DNA from: Candidatus Bathyarchaeota archaeon
GTDB taxonomy: Archaea; Thermoproteota; Bathyarchaeia; Bathyarchaeales; Bathycorpusculaceae
Assembly (NCBI GenBank): GCA_963815095.1
Contig: CAWFFH010000003.1
Coordinates: 448,001 to 512,000, forward strand
Length of the DNA stretch: 64,000 nucleotides
Direction: 5' to 3'
This document shows, piece by piece, positions 20,390-30,473 of this stretch (its first letter is position 1; every line of letters begins with the position of its first letter). The notes under the pieces are model-generated. The model searched no databases. It worked only from the letters and a program-made list of their open reading frames with translations, and was not told the DNA's origin. Position numbers and translations under genes: made by a program.

Positions 20390-20900
20390 AGTTCCACAAA
20401 AAAACTCAACATATCCCACACACCCACACCACCAACATTACAAACCAATAAAGCAGTGTAAACCAACCCCCCAACCCGCAAAGCACAACTCCAAACCCTC
20501 AAACGCCTATTCTCTCTCACGCCTGGCCTGCTCCAAACTATTAACATACATACCTATACGCCGATACTCAGCCCAACGCTTAAGGTTACTATGCTTTTTT
20601 AAATCAAAAATCCTCCCAAACACGACAAAACACATCCAAAACAGGGCAAAACACGCCAAAAAACGACAAAGTAGGGAACCGAAAAAAACCCAAAAACAAC
20701 CCCTTAACCAAAAACCACCCCAAACAAGCCATATCCAACACCCCAAAACCCCATTTACAACAGACACATTCATCATAAATTGGAACATTCCGCCAAATTT
20801 TACCAAACAAAACATAACATTTCACACATCAAACCACACTTTTTGTCACACGCACAAAAACCCAAAAAACAGCATGCAGCAAAAAATGTATTCAGACATG
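20390..20900. repeat. A/C-rich low-complexity intergenic tract
   Basis: Strong depletion of G and T on the + strand with recurring CCAAAAA(C) units. Confidence 0.6.
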
Positions 20901-20956
20901 CAGCAGAAAGGTTATTATTTCTAACAAGTTCACACGTAACATTGGAGAATATAATC

Positions 20957-21718
20957 GTGCCTTTAGCATTTATTATTGGAACTGCTGGTTCGGGCAAATC
21001 CCTCTTTACAGCAGCTTTTGCAGAATGGCTAAAAATGAGCAAGCAAGATGTTGCTGTAGTCAATTTGGATCCAGGTGTATTAAAGCTACCCTATCAACCT
21101 GACGTTGACGTTCGTAACTACGTCGAGGTTGGCGACATTATGGAGAAGTACGGTTTAGGTCCCAATGGCGCTTTGGTTATGGCTGCTGACTTAATCGCTG
21201 ATGAGATTGAAAATTTAACAAGGGACATTGAAGAAGCTCACGCCGACATCGTCTTGGTTGATACTCCGGGTCAAATGGAACTTTTCGCTTTTCGCGCAAG
21301 TGGACCATATATCGTAAATGAGTTAACAAAAGATCCTAAAGCCTTAATCTACCTCTTTGACGCGGTCTTCTCGGTTAACCCATTAAACTACGTTTCAAAC
21401 ATGTTCCTAGCTGCAGCAGTTTACAACAGGTTTTTCCAACCACAGGTACATTTGCTTTCAAAAAGCGACTTAATTCCAAAGAAAGAAGTGCAAGCAATCG
21501 CAGATTGGTCCGCAAACACCAATTCACTAGAAGATGCAATTGAACAGAAACTTGAAGGAACAAAACGCCTATTTAGCCGCAACATGATGCAAGCCATCAA
21601 CAAGCTGGGCTTACAGTTCCATTTAATGCCTGTGTCATCTAAAACAAACGAAGGCATGGTAAACGTAAACACGCTACTCGAACGCATTCTCAACGAAGGA
21701 GAAAAATACACAACCTAA
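20957..21718 (+). CDS. GPN-loop GTPase
   Basis: GTAGSGKS, NLDPG, GLGPNG, DTPGQME; start moved to GTG at 20957 after GGAG. Confidence 0.9.
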   Translation: MPLAFIIGTAGSGKSLFTAAFAEWLKMSKQDVAVVNLDPGVLKLPYQPDVDVRNYVEVGDIMEKYGLGPNGALVMAADLIADEIENLTRDIEEAHADIVLVDTPGQMELFAFRASGPYIVNELTKDPKALIYLFDAVFSVNPLNYVSNMFLAAAVYNRFFQPQVHLLSKSDLIPKKEVQAIADWSANTNSLEDAIEQKLEGTKRLFSRNMMQAINKLGLQFHLMPVSSKTNEGMVNVNTLLERILNEGEKYTT

Positions 21719-22341
21719 ACACTAATCAGTGACCAGCTTGCCGCAAACGCGCCGCGCTTAGCCTTCAACGCCGAATCTCCACCCGCAATAATGATAACAT
21801 CATCATCCTGAGGAGTTAACTCTTTTAGAATTAGACTTGCAGCTTCAGGATACTGCTTCGAAATAGAATCGCTCACAGATTCGATGCATAAATGCCCCTT
21901 CTTAAAAACAATAATTAGAGCTTTGCGTGCGCCTGCAATGATGGCTGCATCACGCTGGTCAATCCCAGACTTCACTTTTTGCCCACTTTTCTTAACTAAA
22001 AAAGCAAAGTTAAATTCAGATGCAAATAACTCCGACTTTGGAATCTCAACACGTTTAGGGAAAATTTCTTCGAATTGCTGCCAAATCTCTAAACCTTTCT
22101 TTGTCAGGAAACAACCTTCTTTTGAGGTTTCAATCAAACCTGCTTCTTTGAACCTACTAATTATTGTACGCACTGCGCCATCGCCTACATTCAGCTTCTC
22201 GGCCAGTTTATTTCTACCTAAAGGCTTCTGAGCCAAAAGCTCCAACGCATAAAACAAATGAAATATAGTGAAAGTTGTCGAAGGGCCTGGAGCCTTTTTC
22301 CCAGCTATTTGCTGCATGAACTTCTTGAGGGATATCGCCAT
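21715..22341 (-). CDS. DUF4443-like winged-helix protein
   Basis: GRNKLAEKLNVGDGAVRTII HTH; GIDQRDAAI motif. Confidence 0.7.
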   Translation of the reverse strand: MAISLKKFMQQIAGKKAPGPSTTFTIFHLFYALELLAQKPLGRNKLAEKLNVGDGAVRTIISRFKEAGLIETSKEGCFLTKKGLEIWQQFEEIFPKRVEIPKSELFASEFNFAFLVKKSGQKVKSGIDQRDAAIIAGARKALIIVFKKGHLCIESVSDSISKQYPEAASLILKELTPQDDDVIIIAGGDSALKAKRGAFAASWSLISV

Positions 22342-22402
22342 GTTTTACACTATCTTAGTTAAGCGTTAGCTGGGTTTTTATAACTTATCAAAACAACGCG
22401 CC

Positions 22403-22780
22403 TTAACCTTTGTAGGCAACAACAGAAACCTCGACGAGGGCGCCCGACTTGAGTTCAACTCCAACCGTGGCCCGAGCAGGGAACTCCTCCTCAAAGTATT
22501 TGGCATATTCACGATTGAACTCATCAAACAACGTCATTGAAAACAAGTAAATGGTGGACTGGACTACGTCTTTTAGGCTGTAACCATCGGCTTCCAAAAT
22601 AGATCTAAGGTTCGCCATAACTTGTCGCGTCTGTTCAGTGATGCCCTTGGCAACAATTTTGCCCTCTTTCGGGTCAATAGCTAACTGTCCAGAAACAAAT
22701 AAGAATTTGTCCGCTTGCACTGCTTGACTGTATGGACCGATTGGTTTTGGAGCATTTTGGCTTGACACTATTTTTTTCAT
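22403..22780 (-). CDS. ridA: RidA/YjgF reactive intermediate deaminase
   Basis: APKPIGPYSQAV, FVSGQL, FPARATV, LVEV; ATG at 22780. Confidence 0.88.
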   Translation of the reverse strand: MKKIVSSQNAPKPIGPYSQAVQADKFLFVSGQLAIDPKEGKIVAKGITEQTRQVMANLRSILEADGYSLKDVVQSTIYLFSMTLFDEFNREYAKYFEEEFPARATVGVELKSGALVEVSVVAYKG

Positions 22781-22942
22781 ACTTTCCCTTCGTTGTTGTG
22801 CTATTTTGAAGTTAAAATGGTTTCTGCATTGTCGCATTGCTAAAATAATTGATGATTAGATGTCTGTGTTGTCGAAAGCCTTTTAAGAAAAACGTCAGGT
22901 TACTATGCCTATTACACGATTGAACGGAAAAGAGAGATCCTA

Positions 22943-24121
22943 ATGAAAAAAAACGGAAAATATTTGTTTACATCCGAGTCAGTTGGAGAAGGTCACCCAG
23001 ATAAAGTTGCAGACCAAATTTCCGACAGTGTTTTAGACTGTATTTTTACAGTCGACTCAAAGGCAAGAGTCGACTGCGAAACATTGGTAATGCAGGGCAC
23101 CGTCATGATCACGGGGCAAATAACAACCTGCACCTACGTCGACATCCCAAAAGTTGTCCGCCAAACCCTCAAAGAAATCGGCTTCGACAACGCCAAAGAC
23201 GGCTTAGACTGGGAAACCTGCGGCATTCTAGTCTCATTAACTGCACAATCCCCAGACATTTCGATGGGCGTAACTGAATCTAAGGATCACGAGCAAGGCG
23301 CTGGAGACCAGGGCATGGTTTTCGGCTACGCAACAAACGAAACAAAAGAACTCATGCCACTACCAATCATGTTAGCTCATAAACTTGTGAAACGTTTAGC
23401 TGACTGCAGAAAACAAAAAATTATGCCTTATCTACGTCCAGACTGCAAATCCCAAGTCACCATAGAATACGAGAATGGAAAGCCAAAATGCGTAAAAACA
23501 GTCGTAATAGCAGCCCAAAACAACGGAACCTGCGACGCTGCTACATTAAAGGAAGACATAGTTGAAAAAGTTATTAAAAACGTTATACCAGCAAACCTCA
23601 TTGCAGAAGACATAAAATACGTCATAAACGGAACAGGCAGATTCGTCATCGGCGGAACCCTAGCAGACTCAGGATTAACAGGCAGAAAAATCATCGTTGA
23701 CACCTACGGCGGAGTCGGAAGCCACGGAGGCGGATGCTTCAGCGGCAAAGACCCATCAAAAGTAGACCGAAGCGGCTGCTACATGGCAAGATACATCGCC
23801 AAAAACATCGTTGCCTCAGGCTTAGCTGACCAATGCGAAATCCAAATATCCTACGCAATCGGAGTTGCACAACCAATCTCAGTTTTGGTAAACACCTACG
23901 AAACAGGCAAACTCTCCGACGAAAAAATCATGGAATTAGTACTGAAGCACTTTGACATGAGACCCAAAGCAATCATCGAACAACTAAACCTGCTAAGACC
24001 CATCTACAAAAAAACAGCGGTTTTCGGTCACTTTGGCAGAGAGGACATGGACTTTCCATGGGAAAAGACCGATAAGGCTGAACAGCTCAAAAAAGAGCTG
24101 GAAAAAACCAAAAAAGCCTAA
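22943..24121 (+). CDS. metK: S-adenosylmethionine synthetase, bacterial/eukaryotic type
   Basis: [49 protein letters not shown]. Confidence 0.95.
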   Translation: MKKNGKYLFTSESVGEGHPDKVADQISDSVLDCIFTVDSKARVDCETLVMQGTVMITGQITTCTYVDIPKVVRQTLKEIGFDNAKDGLDWETCGILVSLTAQSPDISMGVTESKDHEQGAGDQGMVFGYATNETKELMPLPIMLAHKLVKRLADCRKQKIMPYLRPDCKSQVTIEYENGKPKCVKTVVIAAQNNGTCDAATLKEDIVEKVIKNVIPANLIAEDIKYVINGTGRFVIGGTLADSGLTGRKIIVDTYGGVGSHGGGCFSGKDPSKVDRSGCYMARYIAKNIVASGLADQCEIQISYAIGVAQPISVLVNTYETGKLSDEKIMELVLKHFDMRPKAIIEQLNLLRPIYKKTAVFGHFGREDMDFPWEKTDKAEQLKKELEKTKKA

Positions 24122-24167
24122 TTTTTCCTTTTTTAAATTTTATTTTTGTTTGAGTATCATTCTGCAG

Positions 24168-24980
24168 CTAATCTATAACCACTCCACCGCTTGTCTCAAT
24201 CAAAACGGCAAGTTCCTTCGCTGCTTTAACGAGTCTTTCAGATGGAAGTTGGTCTTGGCTTGCAATTATTGTTAAGTGGACTTCAACATGAGGCTTGTTC
24301 TCTGTTCGCATAGGATGCGACTTCACGTAAACTCCTTGGTTATCACTCATCACTTTGTCGATTAACGGCGCGAGACGGGACTCGAAGATATTATCGGCGA
24401 ATATGCTTTTCTCACAAAAAACATTATTGCCGACAGTTTGCTTAATCAGAGGTGCTATGGTTTCATTAAAAATCGCTTCCGTTTCTACAGGCACTCCAGG
24501 CAGAGCAAACAAAATCGTTCCCTCAATATCAACCCGGACAGCTGGCGCAGTTCCAACTGGATTGTTAACCGCCGTGGTTTTTTCGGGCAGAGTTGCCATT
24601 TTGACTCTAGGAGGGTTTAACTCAATTTCTGTTGGAAACCCTCGTTTTTTGGCGTATTCTACACATTTTTGCTTGACTACGGTGAGGGCTTTTTGGTTTA
24701 CTTCAAGTTTGCGGTTTAACGCTTTGGCGATACCTTGGAGTGTTTTGTCGTCGAAGGTGGGTCCTAATCCTCCTGTTGTGATTACGAATTGAGGTTTTCG
24801 AGCTATGGATTCGTTGACGGCAGCAGCGATCTCGGGTACGGTATCTTGGATTACTATTATCCGTTTGACGTTTGCCCCAATGTGAGTAGCTTGTTTGGAT
24901 AAGTAGTGTGCGTTTGTGTCTTTTACTTTGCCTATAAGCAACTCGTTGCCTATGCAGATTATCTCAACGTCTACTGTCGT
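24168..24980 (-). CDS. CinA N-terminal/COG1058 molybdopterin-binding-like pyrophosphatase
   Basis: In-frame upstream extension gives 'TVDVEIICIGNELLIGKVKDTNA'; TTGGLGPTFDD, LPGVP; start codon uncertain. Confidence 0.8.
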   Translation of the reverse strand, partial: TTVDVEIICIGNELLIGKVKDTNAHYLSKQATHIGANVKRIIVIQDTVPEIAAAVNESIARKPQFVITTGGLGPTFDDKTLQGIAKALNRKLEVNQKALTVVKQKCVEYAKKRGFPTEIELNPPRVKMATLPEKTTAVNNPVGTAPAVRVDIEGTILFALPGVPVETEAIFNETIAPLIKQTVGNNVFCEKSIFADNIFESRLAPLIDKVMSDNQGVYVKSHPMRTENKPHVEVHLTIIASQDQLPSERLVKAAKELAVLIETSGGVVID

Positions 24981-25107
24981 GCATATTCCTCTATGAGAAT
25001 TAGGAAGCGTTGTTTTTCTTTTATACCGTTTGCTCGGCTATTGTCTAAATATCGTTTTAGGCGTTTGCTGCAATATTCTTTTATTGCTCTTTAAAGCCTG
25101 TTACTCT

Positions 25108-25512
25108 ATGCATGAATGGGCACTCGCAGAAGCAATCCTCACTTCGGCCAAACAAGTGGCTGAGCGGGAAAACCTCAAGGAAGTCACAGAAGTCACCATT
25201 AAAGTTGGTGAGCTTCAGCAGGTTGAGCCGCCAATTTTGCGTTTTGCACTCTCTCAGATGAAGCCCGACATTTTCAAGAATACTAAATTCCGAATTTTGA
25301 AATCGAAGTCAAAACTCAAATGCAGGGTTTGCGGAACCACTTGGATGTTTAGCTTTAAAAAACTAGACAAAGCCACTGCTGAGGCAATTCATTTTGTACC
25401 TGAGGCAGCACACAGCTTTATTAAATGTCCCAAATGTGGCAGTCCTGATTTTGAAATCGTCAGCGGACGCGGTGTTTGGCTTGAAGATGTAAAAGGAGTT
25501 AAATTAGCTTGA
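25108..25512 (+). CDS. hypA: hydrogenase nickel chaperone HypA
   Basis: MHEWALA, GELQQV, CRVC...CPKCGS, GRGV. Confidence 0.92.
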   Translation: MHEWALAEAILTSAKQVAERENLKEVTEVTIKVGELQQVEPPILRFALSQMKPDIFKNTKFRILKSKSKLKCRVCGTTWMFSFKKLDKATAEAIHFVPEAAHSFIKCPKCGSPDFEIVSGRGVWLEDVKGVKLA

Positions 25513-26264
25513 TTGACCCGCGGACGAGCGTTATTAACGATCGTTTAGCGCGGATAACCCGAATTATCGCAGTTTCAAGCGGCAAAGGCGGCGTGGGCAA
25601 AAGCATGGTCGCCACAACTTTGGCACTCTCCCTTGCCAAAGAAGGAAGCAAAGTCGGCCTCTTTGATTTAGATTTTACAGGACCCTCAACTCACATAATT
25701 ATAGGAGCCGCAGCAAATGTACAACCTAAAGAGGACAAGGGAATCGTGCCGTCCCAAGTTGAGGGTTTAGCCTACATGTCACTTGTCTATTTTGTCGGAG
25801 ACAACCCTGCGCCGTTACGGGGATCCGACATTTCAAATGCCCTCATCGAGTTGTTATCGGTTACTCAATGGGGTACCCTTGATTTCCTTATCATCGATAT
25901 GCCGCCTGGAATCGGTGATGCAGTTTTGGATTTGGTGCGGTTAGTTGACCGGTTGGAATTTTTGATTATTACTACACCTTCGCTTTTGGCTTTTGAAGTG
26001 GTCAAAAAGCAGGTGGCGCTGCTTTGCGAGCTTAAGATGCCTATAATTGGGGTTATTGAGAATATGAAGATCGACAAGGCAAACTGCGTTAAGTTAGAAA
26101 TAGAAAAACTGGGGCTAAAATATCTTGGCGCTATCCCATATGACCCAAAAGTGGAAGAAGCAATCGGCAATCCAGCGAAACTATTGGAGACAGCTGTTGG
26201 CAGAGCACTGCCTCAAATTAATAAAACTGCAAAACCGAAAAAAGTGACTTCAAATGGTTTGTAG
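25509..26264 (+). CDS. Mrp/MinD-family ATPase, probably ATPase-type HypB
   Basis: SGKGGVGKS, DMPPG, ENM; MIDPR start; overlaps the hypA stop; lacks the Mrp CxxC. Confidence 0.75.
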   Translation: MIDPRTSVINDRLARITRIIAVSSGKGGVGKSMVATTLALSLAKEGSKVGLFDLDFTGPSTHIIIGAAANVQPKEDKGIVPSQVEGLAYMSLVYFVGDNPAPLRGSDISNALIELLSVTQWGTLDFLIIDMPPGIGDAVLDLVRLVDRLEFLIITTPSLLAFEVVKKQVALLCELKMPIIGVIENMKIDKANCVKLEIEKLGLKYLGAIPYDPKVEEAIGNPAKLLETAVGRALPQINKTAKPKKVTSNGL

Positions 26265-26988
26265 AGCGGTTATTTTTGATTACATCGGCACTTTGGTTAA
26301 TTGTAGAAACTACTCTATGCAGGACTCTGAACAAAAACTCCACAATGCATTGGTAGCCGAAGGCCTTAGAGTTGATAAAAATAGGTTTTTAGCCGCCTAC
26401 AATATTTCGCATGAGAAATACCGCAAAGAACGTTACGAACAATTGCGAGAGGTAACAAACGCGATTTGGGTCGCCGAAGCATTAACCAATTTAGGTCTTG
26501 AGGTCTCGGCGGATGATAACCGCGTTAAGGCTGCATTGAACATTTTTTTTCAAGACTTCATAGACACCCTAGAGCTAAGAGAAGGTGCAAAAAAACTAAT
26601 ATGCCAAGCTAAAGAACAGGGTAAGGTGGGTTTAATCTCTAACTTCACCCATGCACCCGTCATTTATAAAAGTCTAAGAAAAGTTGGGATTAGCGAGTTT
26701 TTTAATGTAGTTGTGGTTTCGGATGAGGTTGGGTGGCGAAAACCCAGTTCTTACATTTTCCAAGATGCACTTAATCGACTTCAAATCCCAGCGAGCGAAG
26801 CAGTTTACATCGGCGACAGTCCCATCGAAGATATCAAAGGCGCCAAAGCAGCAGGGTTAAGAACCATCTTTGTTCCATCACAATTCTACATACTTAAAGA
26901 CCTAAAAGAAAGCAAACAAGAACCAAACTTTATCACAAAAGACCTAACAACAGTTTCAAAGAACCTAAATCGGATTCTTACTAACTGA
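26254..26988 (+). CDS. HAD-superfamily hydrolase
   Basis: FDYIGTL, ISN, RKP, YIGDSPIEDIKGA. Confidence 0.85.
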   Translation: MVCRAVIFDYIGTLVNCRNYSMQDSEQKLHNALVAEGLRVDKNRFLAAYNISHEKYRKERYEQLREVTNAIWVAEALTNLGLEVSADDNRVKAALNIFFQDFIDTLELREGAKKLICQAKEQGKVGLISNFTHAPVIYKSLRKVGISEFFNVVVVSDEVGWRKPSSYIFQDALNRLQIPASEAVYIGDSPIEDIKGAKAAGLRTIFVPSQFYILKDLKESKQEPNFITKDLTTVSKNLNRILTN

Positions 26989-27057
26989 ACCTCAAGTCCG
27001 CCGGCGAGTGGTTGCATTTCTAAAATTGGAGGTTGCCAAAAGTTACAGGCCACTTTG

Positions 27058-28377
27058 CTATGGCGTCAGTCTAACCCTATCGCGCGGATAAAGGGTTACT
27101 TCTCTGATGTTCTTGTTTCCAGTTAGAATCATGGTTAACCTTTCAAGTCCTAGTCCCCATCCTGCGTGGGGTGGCATGCCGTAGTCGTATGCTTGCAGAT
27201 GACATTTGAATGATTCAGGATTCAAGCCCTTTTCTTTGAGCCTTTGGATTAGTTGGTCTTTTTGGGCTATTCTTTCCCCACCGGAAACCAATTCAATGTA
27301 ACGCCACATTAAATCGAACCCTTCACAGACTTCAGGTTTGTCTTCGCGTGGTTTAATGTAGAAAGCTTTTGCATGAGTGGGCCAATTTGTTATGAAATAG
27401 AAGAACGGGTAAAGTTTGCCTAATACCCGAAAAGCCTCAGTTGGGATATCTTCGCCCCAAGGAATTGTTACGCCTTGCGCTTTGAGGTCTTCGAGGACTT
27501 GGTCGTATGTTAAGCGTTTGAAAGGGATTTCTGGTACCTCAAACTTGTACCCAAGTACCGACAACTCGCTGGCGCATTTCTCTTTTACAACAGTGCAGGC
27601 GTAGTGAATGGCTTGTTCAAGAAGCGCCATAACATCGGTGGCATTAGCAAAGGCTGCTTCAATGTCGACTGAGGTAAACTCACTTAAGTGTCTTCTTGTG
27701 TGGGATTCTTCGGCGCGGAAGAACGGTCCAACTTCAAAGACTTTCTCAAAACTGAGCGTTAATTCTTCTTTGTAGAGCTGAGGGCTCTGAGCAAGATAGG
27801 CTTTTTGCCCAAAATAATCGACGCTAAAAAGTTCTGCGCCGCCTTCTGTAGCAGAAGCGATGATACGTGGAGTATGAACTTCCAAAAAATCTTTCTTGAA
27901 GAGAAAGCTGCGGATTGCTTCAAGTGCTGTATGTTGAACTTTGAAAGTGGCTAAACTGTGTTCTTGGGTGAGGTCAAGAGGTCTTGCATCTAATCTTGAT
28001 TCGATTAGAGCGGGGGTTTTGCCGGTGATGTCAATGGGAAGCTGCTCCGTTGCTATGTTAAAAATCTTGAAGGCACTTGGAATTACTTCGATGCCTCTTG
28101 GAGTCATGTTGGTTTTTTTAACATTTCCCTTAACGCCTATGCTGAATCTTTTTTGAAGAAGGTCAGATTTAGCTAAAACTTCAGGAGCGATTCTTTTTTT
28201 GGGGATGGTTAATTGGATTGTTCCTTCGCGATCCTGCATTATAATAAAGCGGATTCCGCCAAGGTCACGGATATCTTGGACCCAACCAAAAAGTGTGACT
28301 TCTTGACCGTCAATTTCAGGGGTTATTTGGCTTGTATAGTGAGTTCTAACATAATCGCCGATAGAGTCCAAGTTCAT
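27058..28377 (-). CDS. aspS: aspartate--tRNA ligase, archaeal type
   Basis: RTHY, EGGAELF, LAQSPQLYK, FRAEESHTRRH, GMPPHAGWGLGLER. Confidence 0.95.
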   Translation of the reverse strand: MNLDSIGDYVRTHYTSQITPEIDGQEVTLFGWVQDIRDLGGIRFIIMQDREGTIQLTIPKKRIAPEVLAKSDLLQKRFSIGVKGNVKKTNMTPRGIEVIPSAFKIFNIATEQLPIDITGKTPALIESRLDARPLDLTQEHSLATFKVQHTALEAIRSFLFKKDFLEVHTPRIIASATEGGAELFSVDYFGQKAYLAQSPQLYKEELTLSFEKVFEVGPFFRAEESHTRRHLSEFTSVDIEAAFANATDVMALLEQAIHYACTVVKEKCASELSVLGYKFEVPEIPFKRLTYDQVLEDLKAQGVTIPWGEDIPTEAFRVLGKLYPFFYFITNWPTHAKAFYIKPREDKPEVCEGFDLMWRYIELVSGGERIAQKDQLIQRLKEKGLNPESFKCHLQAYDYGMPPHAGWGLGLERLTMILTGNKNIREVTLYPRDRVRLTP

Positions 28378-28391
28378 GCTTTTTTGCCAAC

Positions 28392-28901
28392 CTAATCTGC
28401 AATTTCAACGCGTAAGGACATCTTGCGTACTTTACTGGCAATTTCCTTTAAAGCTTTAAGGTCAAAGGGTAGCTGTGCGCCACGTTTCCTCTTGAGAATT
28501 ACCCGTGTTTCAGTGGTTCCGTCTGGAATCCAGATGGTGTTGATGGTCAAAATGCTGAAGGGTATAAAGAGGTCTTCGAGGAATTTGCGGTCGTCAACGC
28601 CATGCTCGAGGACGCGGACGTTTTTGCCTGTTTCGTCACCGAGGGTCTTAACGATTTTACCGCCGTAACCTAAAAGTTTAGGGACATCTCCATGTCCGAC
28701 GAGGATGGCTAAGGTTTTTTCAACCTCAACTGCCTTGTAGAAGCAGACGTTTTGCAGGGAAGGATACTTTTCTTCCAGGGAGAGCAGTATGCGGGCGACC
28801 TTCAGGTCTATTTCGCTGATTTCGCCAGCTTTGACTTTGGCTGAACATTTTTGGCATAGTATGCCGCTTTTTAGGCAGAAACTGCATAGTTCTGTTTTCA
28901 T
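28392..28901 (-). CDS. NusA-like KH-domain protein with N-terminal Cys4
   Basis: CSFCLKSGILCQKC, LGYGGKIVK KH motif. Confidence 0.75.
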   Translation of the reverse strand: MKTELCSFCLKSGILCQKCSAKVKAGEISEIDLKVARILLSLEEKYPSLQNVCFYKAVEVEKTLAILVGHGDVPKLLGYGGKIVKTLGDETGKNVRVLEHGVDDRKFLEDLFIPFSILTINTIWIPDGTTETRVILKRKRGAQLPFDLKALKEIASKVRKMSLRVEIAD

Positions 28902-28946
28902 TTGGTGTCGTTTTTCCTGCAAAGAAGGAGTTTAGCTTTACGTGAT

Positions 28947-29234
28947 TTACCTTATCAGTGTGATTTCTATTGTGCTAACATTGGTTGCTGTATTGCCTTC
29001 CTCTTGGTCTTGTGGAAGGAATTGGTCTGTTCCGATGCTGATGCTTTTTATTTTTGCATCAGGTAGGAATCTGTGTCTGACAACTTCAGCTACATCGATC
29101 GCTCGGCTGATTGATCTGCCGCGTGCTTTAATGCTGACTTCTTTTGCGCCGCCGTGGAAGAACGTGATGCACGCGAGGACATAGTTCATTATTGGTTTTT
29201 TGCCAATCAAGACTGCACTGGCGTCTTCCGTCAC
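28947..29234 (-). CDS. albA: DNA/RNA-binding protein Alba
   Basis: [33 protein letters not shown]; GTG start after AGGAG. Confidence 0.92.
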   Translation of the reverse strand: MTEDASAVLIGKKPIMNYVLACITFFHGGAKEVSIKARGRSISRAIDVAEVVRHRFLPDAKIKSISIGTDQFLPQDQEEGNTATNVSTIEITLIR

Positions 29235-29483
29235 GGTTCCGCTTAACTCCTGGTTTACTTTAGTAGCTTGACTTAAGCTTTTTTTCAAAATAAATACATT
29301 GTGGTGTTTAGTTTGTGTTATTGCAGAAGGCAAATTCGATCGTTTTGGCTAAAAGAGGACTTGATTTTTAAAGGATTTTGATGAAGGACACATTCAGTAG
29401 AACCATGCGCGCAACGTCAGGAATTATTTTCTGTTTCTAAGATTGTTAATGTGACAGCATGTAAGCTGTTTAGCAGTCATATT

Positions 29484-29510
29484 CTTAAGCAAGTATACAA
29501 CTATTGTAAA
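29484..29510 (+). promoter_or_regulatory. TATA-like box and inverted-repeat operator upstream of the Lrp-like regulator
   Basis: CTTAAG followed by TACAA-CTA-TTGTA (29496-29508). Confidence 0.35.
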
Positions 29511-29537
29511 GGTTTAACTTAACAAAACACCACATAA

Positions 29538-30005
29538 GTGACCAAATTGGAACCATTAACTAAACGTTCAATCCAACTCTTAAAAACTCTCTACGAAAAA
29601 GGCAAATCTACAAACACCTACACCCTTAGAGTAAAACAAGACGAACTATCAAACCAATTAGGAGTAAGCAGACAAGCACTAAACGTACATTTACGCAAAC
29701 TCAAAAACAGAGGATACATCCGAACAGGAAGAGGCTTCATTGATGTTACTGAAAAAGGTTTAAGCGCCCTTGGTGTATCCACAACACCCGCCTTCATACT
29801 CCTAAAAGTTTCACCCATCAAACGCATCCACGTTTATGAGCAAATCCATGAACTTGCTGTTTCCAGAGCTTTCCGCATTGCAGGCGAAGTTGACGCACTG
29901 ATCATTGTTGAGCGAGAGAACTTGGATGAAATATTAAAAAAACTCTACAGCATCGATGGAATTGAGGATACACGCTCTTACGTTACCATTGAAGTAATCA
30001 AGTAG
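29538..30005 (+). CDS. Lrp/AsnC-like transcriptional regulator
   Basis: N-terminal HTH (QDELSNQLGVSRQALNVHL), C-terminal AsnC/RAM domain (RIAGEVD, IDGIEDTRS). Confidence 0.8.
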   Translation: MTKLEPLTKRSIQLLKTLYEKGKSTNTYTLRVKQDELSNQLGVSRQALNVHLRKLKNRGYIRTGRGFIDVTEKGLSALGVSTTPAFILLKVSPIKRIHVYEQIHELAVSRAFRIAGEVDALIIVERENLDEILKKLYSIDGIEDTRSYVTIEVIK

Positions 30006-30107
30006 GCGATGGTTTTATCTTCAGTACAATAAGTCCAAGTTTAGACAAAAGGTATATTTGATACTTAAACATCAAAGAGTTAGCCAAAACGGAAGGTTTA
30101 CAATAAA

Positions 30108-30269
30108 ATGCCAATATTAGATCCAGTAAAAAAAGCCATAGCACAAGAACACCGCTTATACATGAAAATCTGTCGAGACTGTGGCTCACGTAATGCGGCA
30201 ACCGCAATAAAATGCAGAAAGTGCAAGGGCAAGAACCTGCGCTGGAAGAAACGAGAAATAGTAAAGTAA
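30108..30269 (+). CDS. rpl40e: 50S ribosomal protein L40e (not in the ORF track)
   Basis: Manual translation MPILDPVKKAIAQEHRLYMKICRDCGSRNAATAIKCRKCKGKNLRWKKREIVK. Confidence 0.93.
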   Translation: MPILDPVKKAIAQEHRLYMKICRDCGSRNAATAIKCRKCKGKNLRWKKREIVK

Positions 30270-30473
30270 CCAGTTTTACTTTTCTTTTACATAATTATGC
30301 GTAAGGGAAGCAGATTTCTAGCCCGCTATTTTTTTGTTGCCGTTTGCATAAGGCATCGAATGTCTACATTCTAGTTACCGCTAAAACATCAATAGACCTA
30401 CCGCTCGTAGGGTTGATGGCAAAATTATAAAGGGATGCCCACACACTATCTTAGTAACCGGTGAATATTGATT

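Noticed and set aside
20507-20825. ORFs 20507..20815 and 20604..20825 (Cys/Phe/Val/Gly-rich) as rSAM precursor peptides
   Set aside because: Their composition is explained by the G/T-rich low-complexity strand; no SD or leader-like features
20780-20956. His/Lys-rich N-terminal extension on the GPN GTPase
   Set aside because: Product of the A/C-rich tract lacking stops; an SD and GTG at 20957 give a normal-length protein
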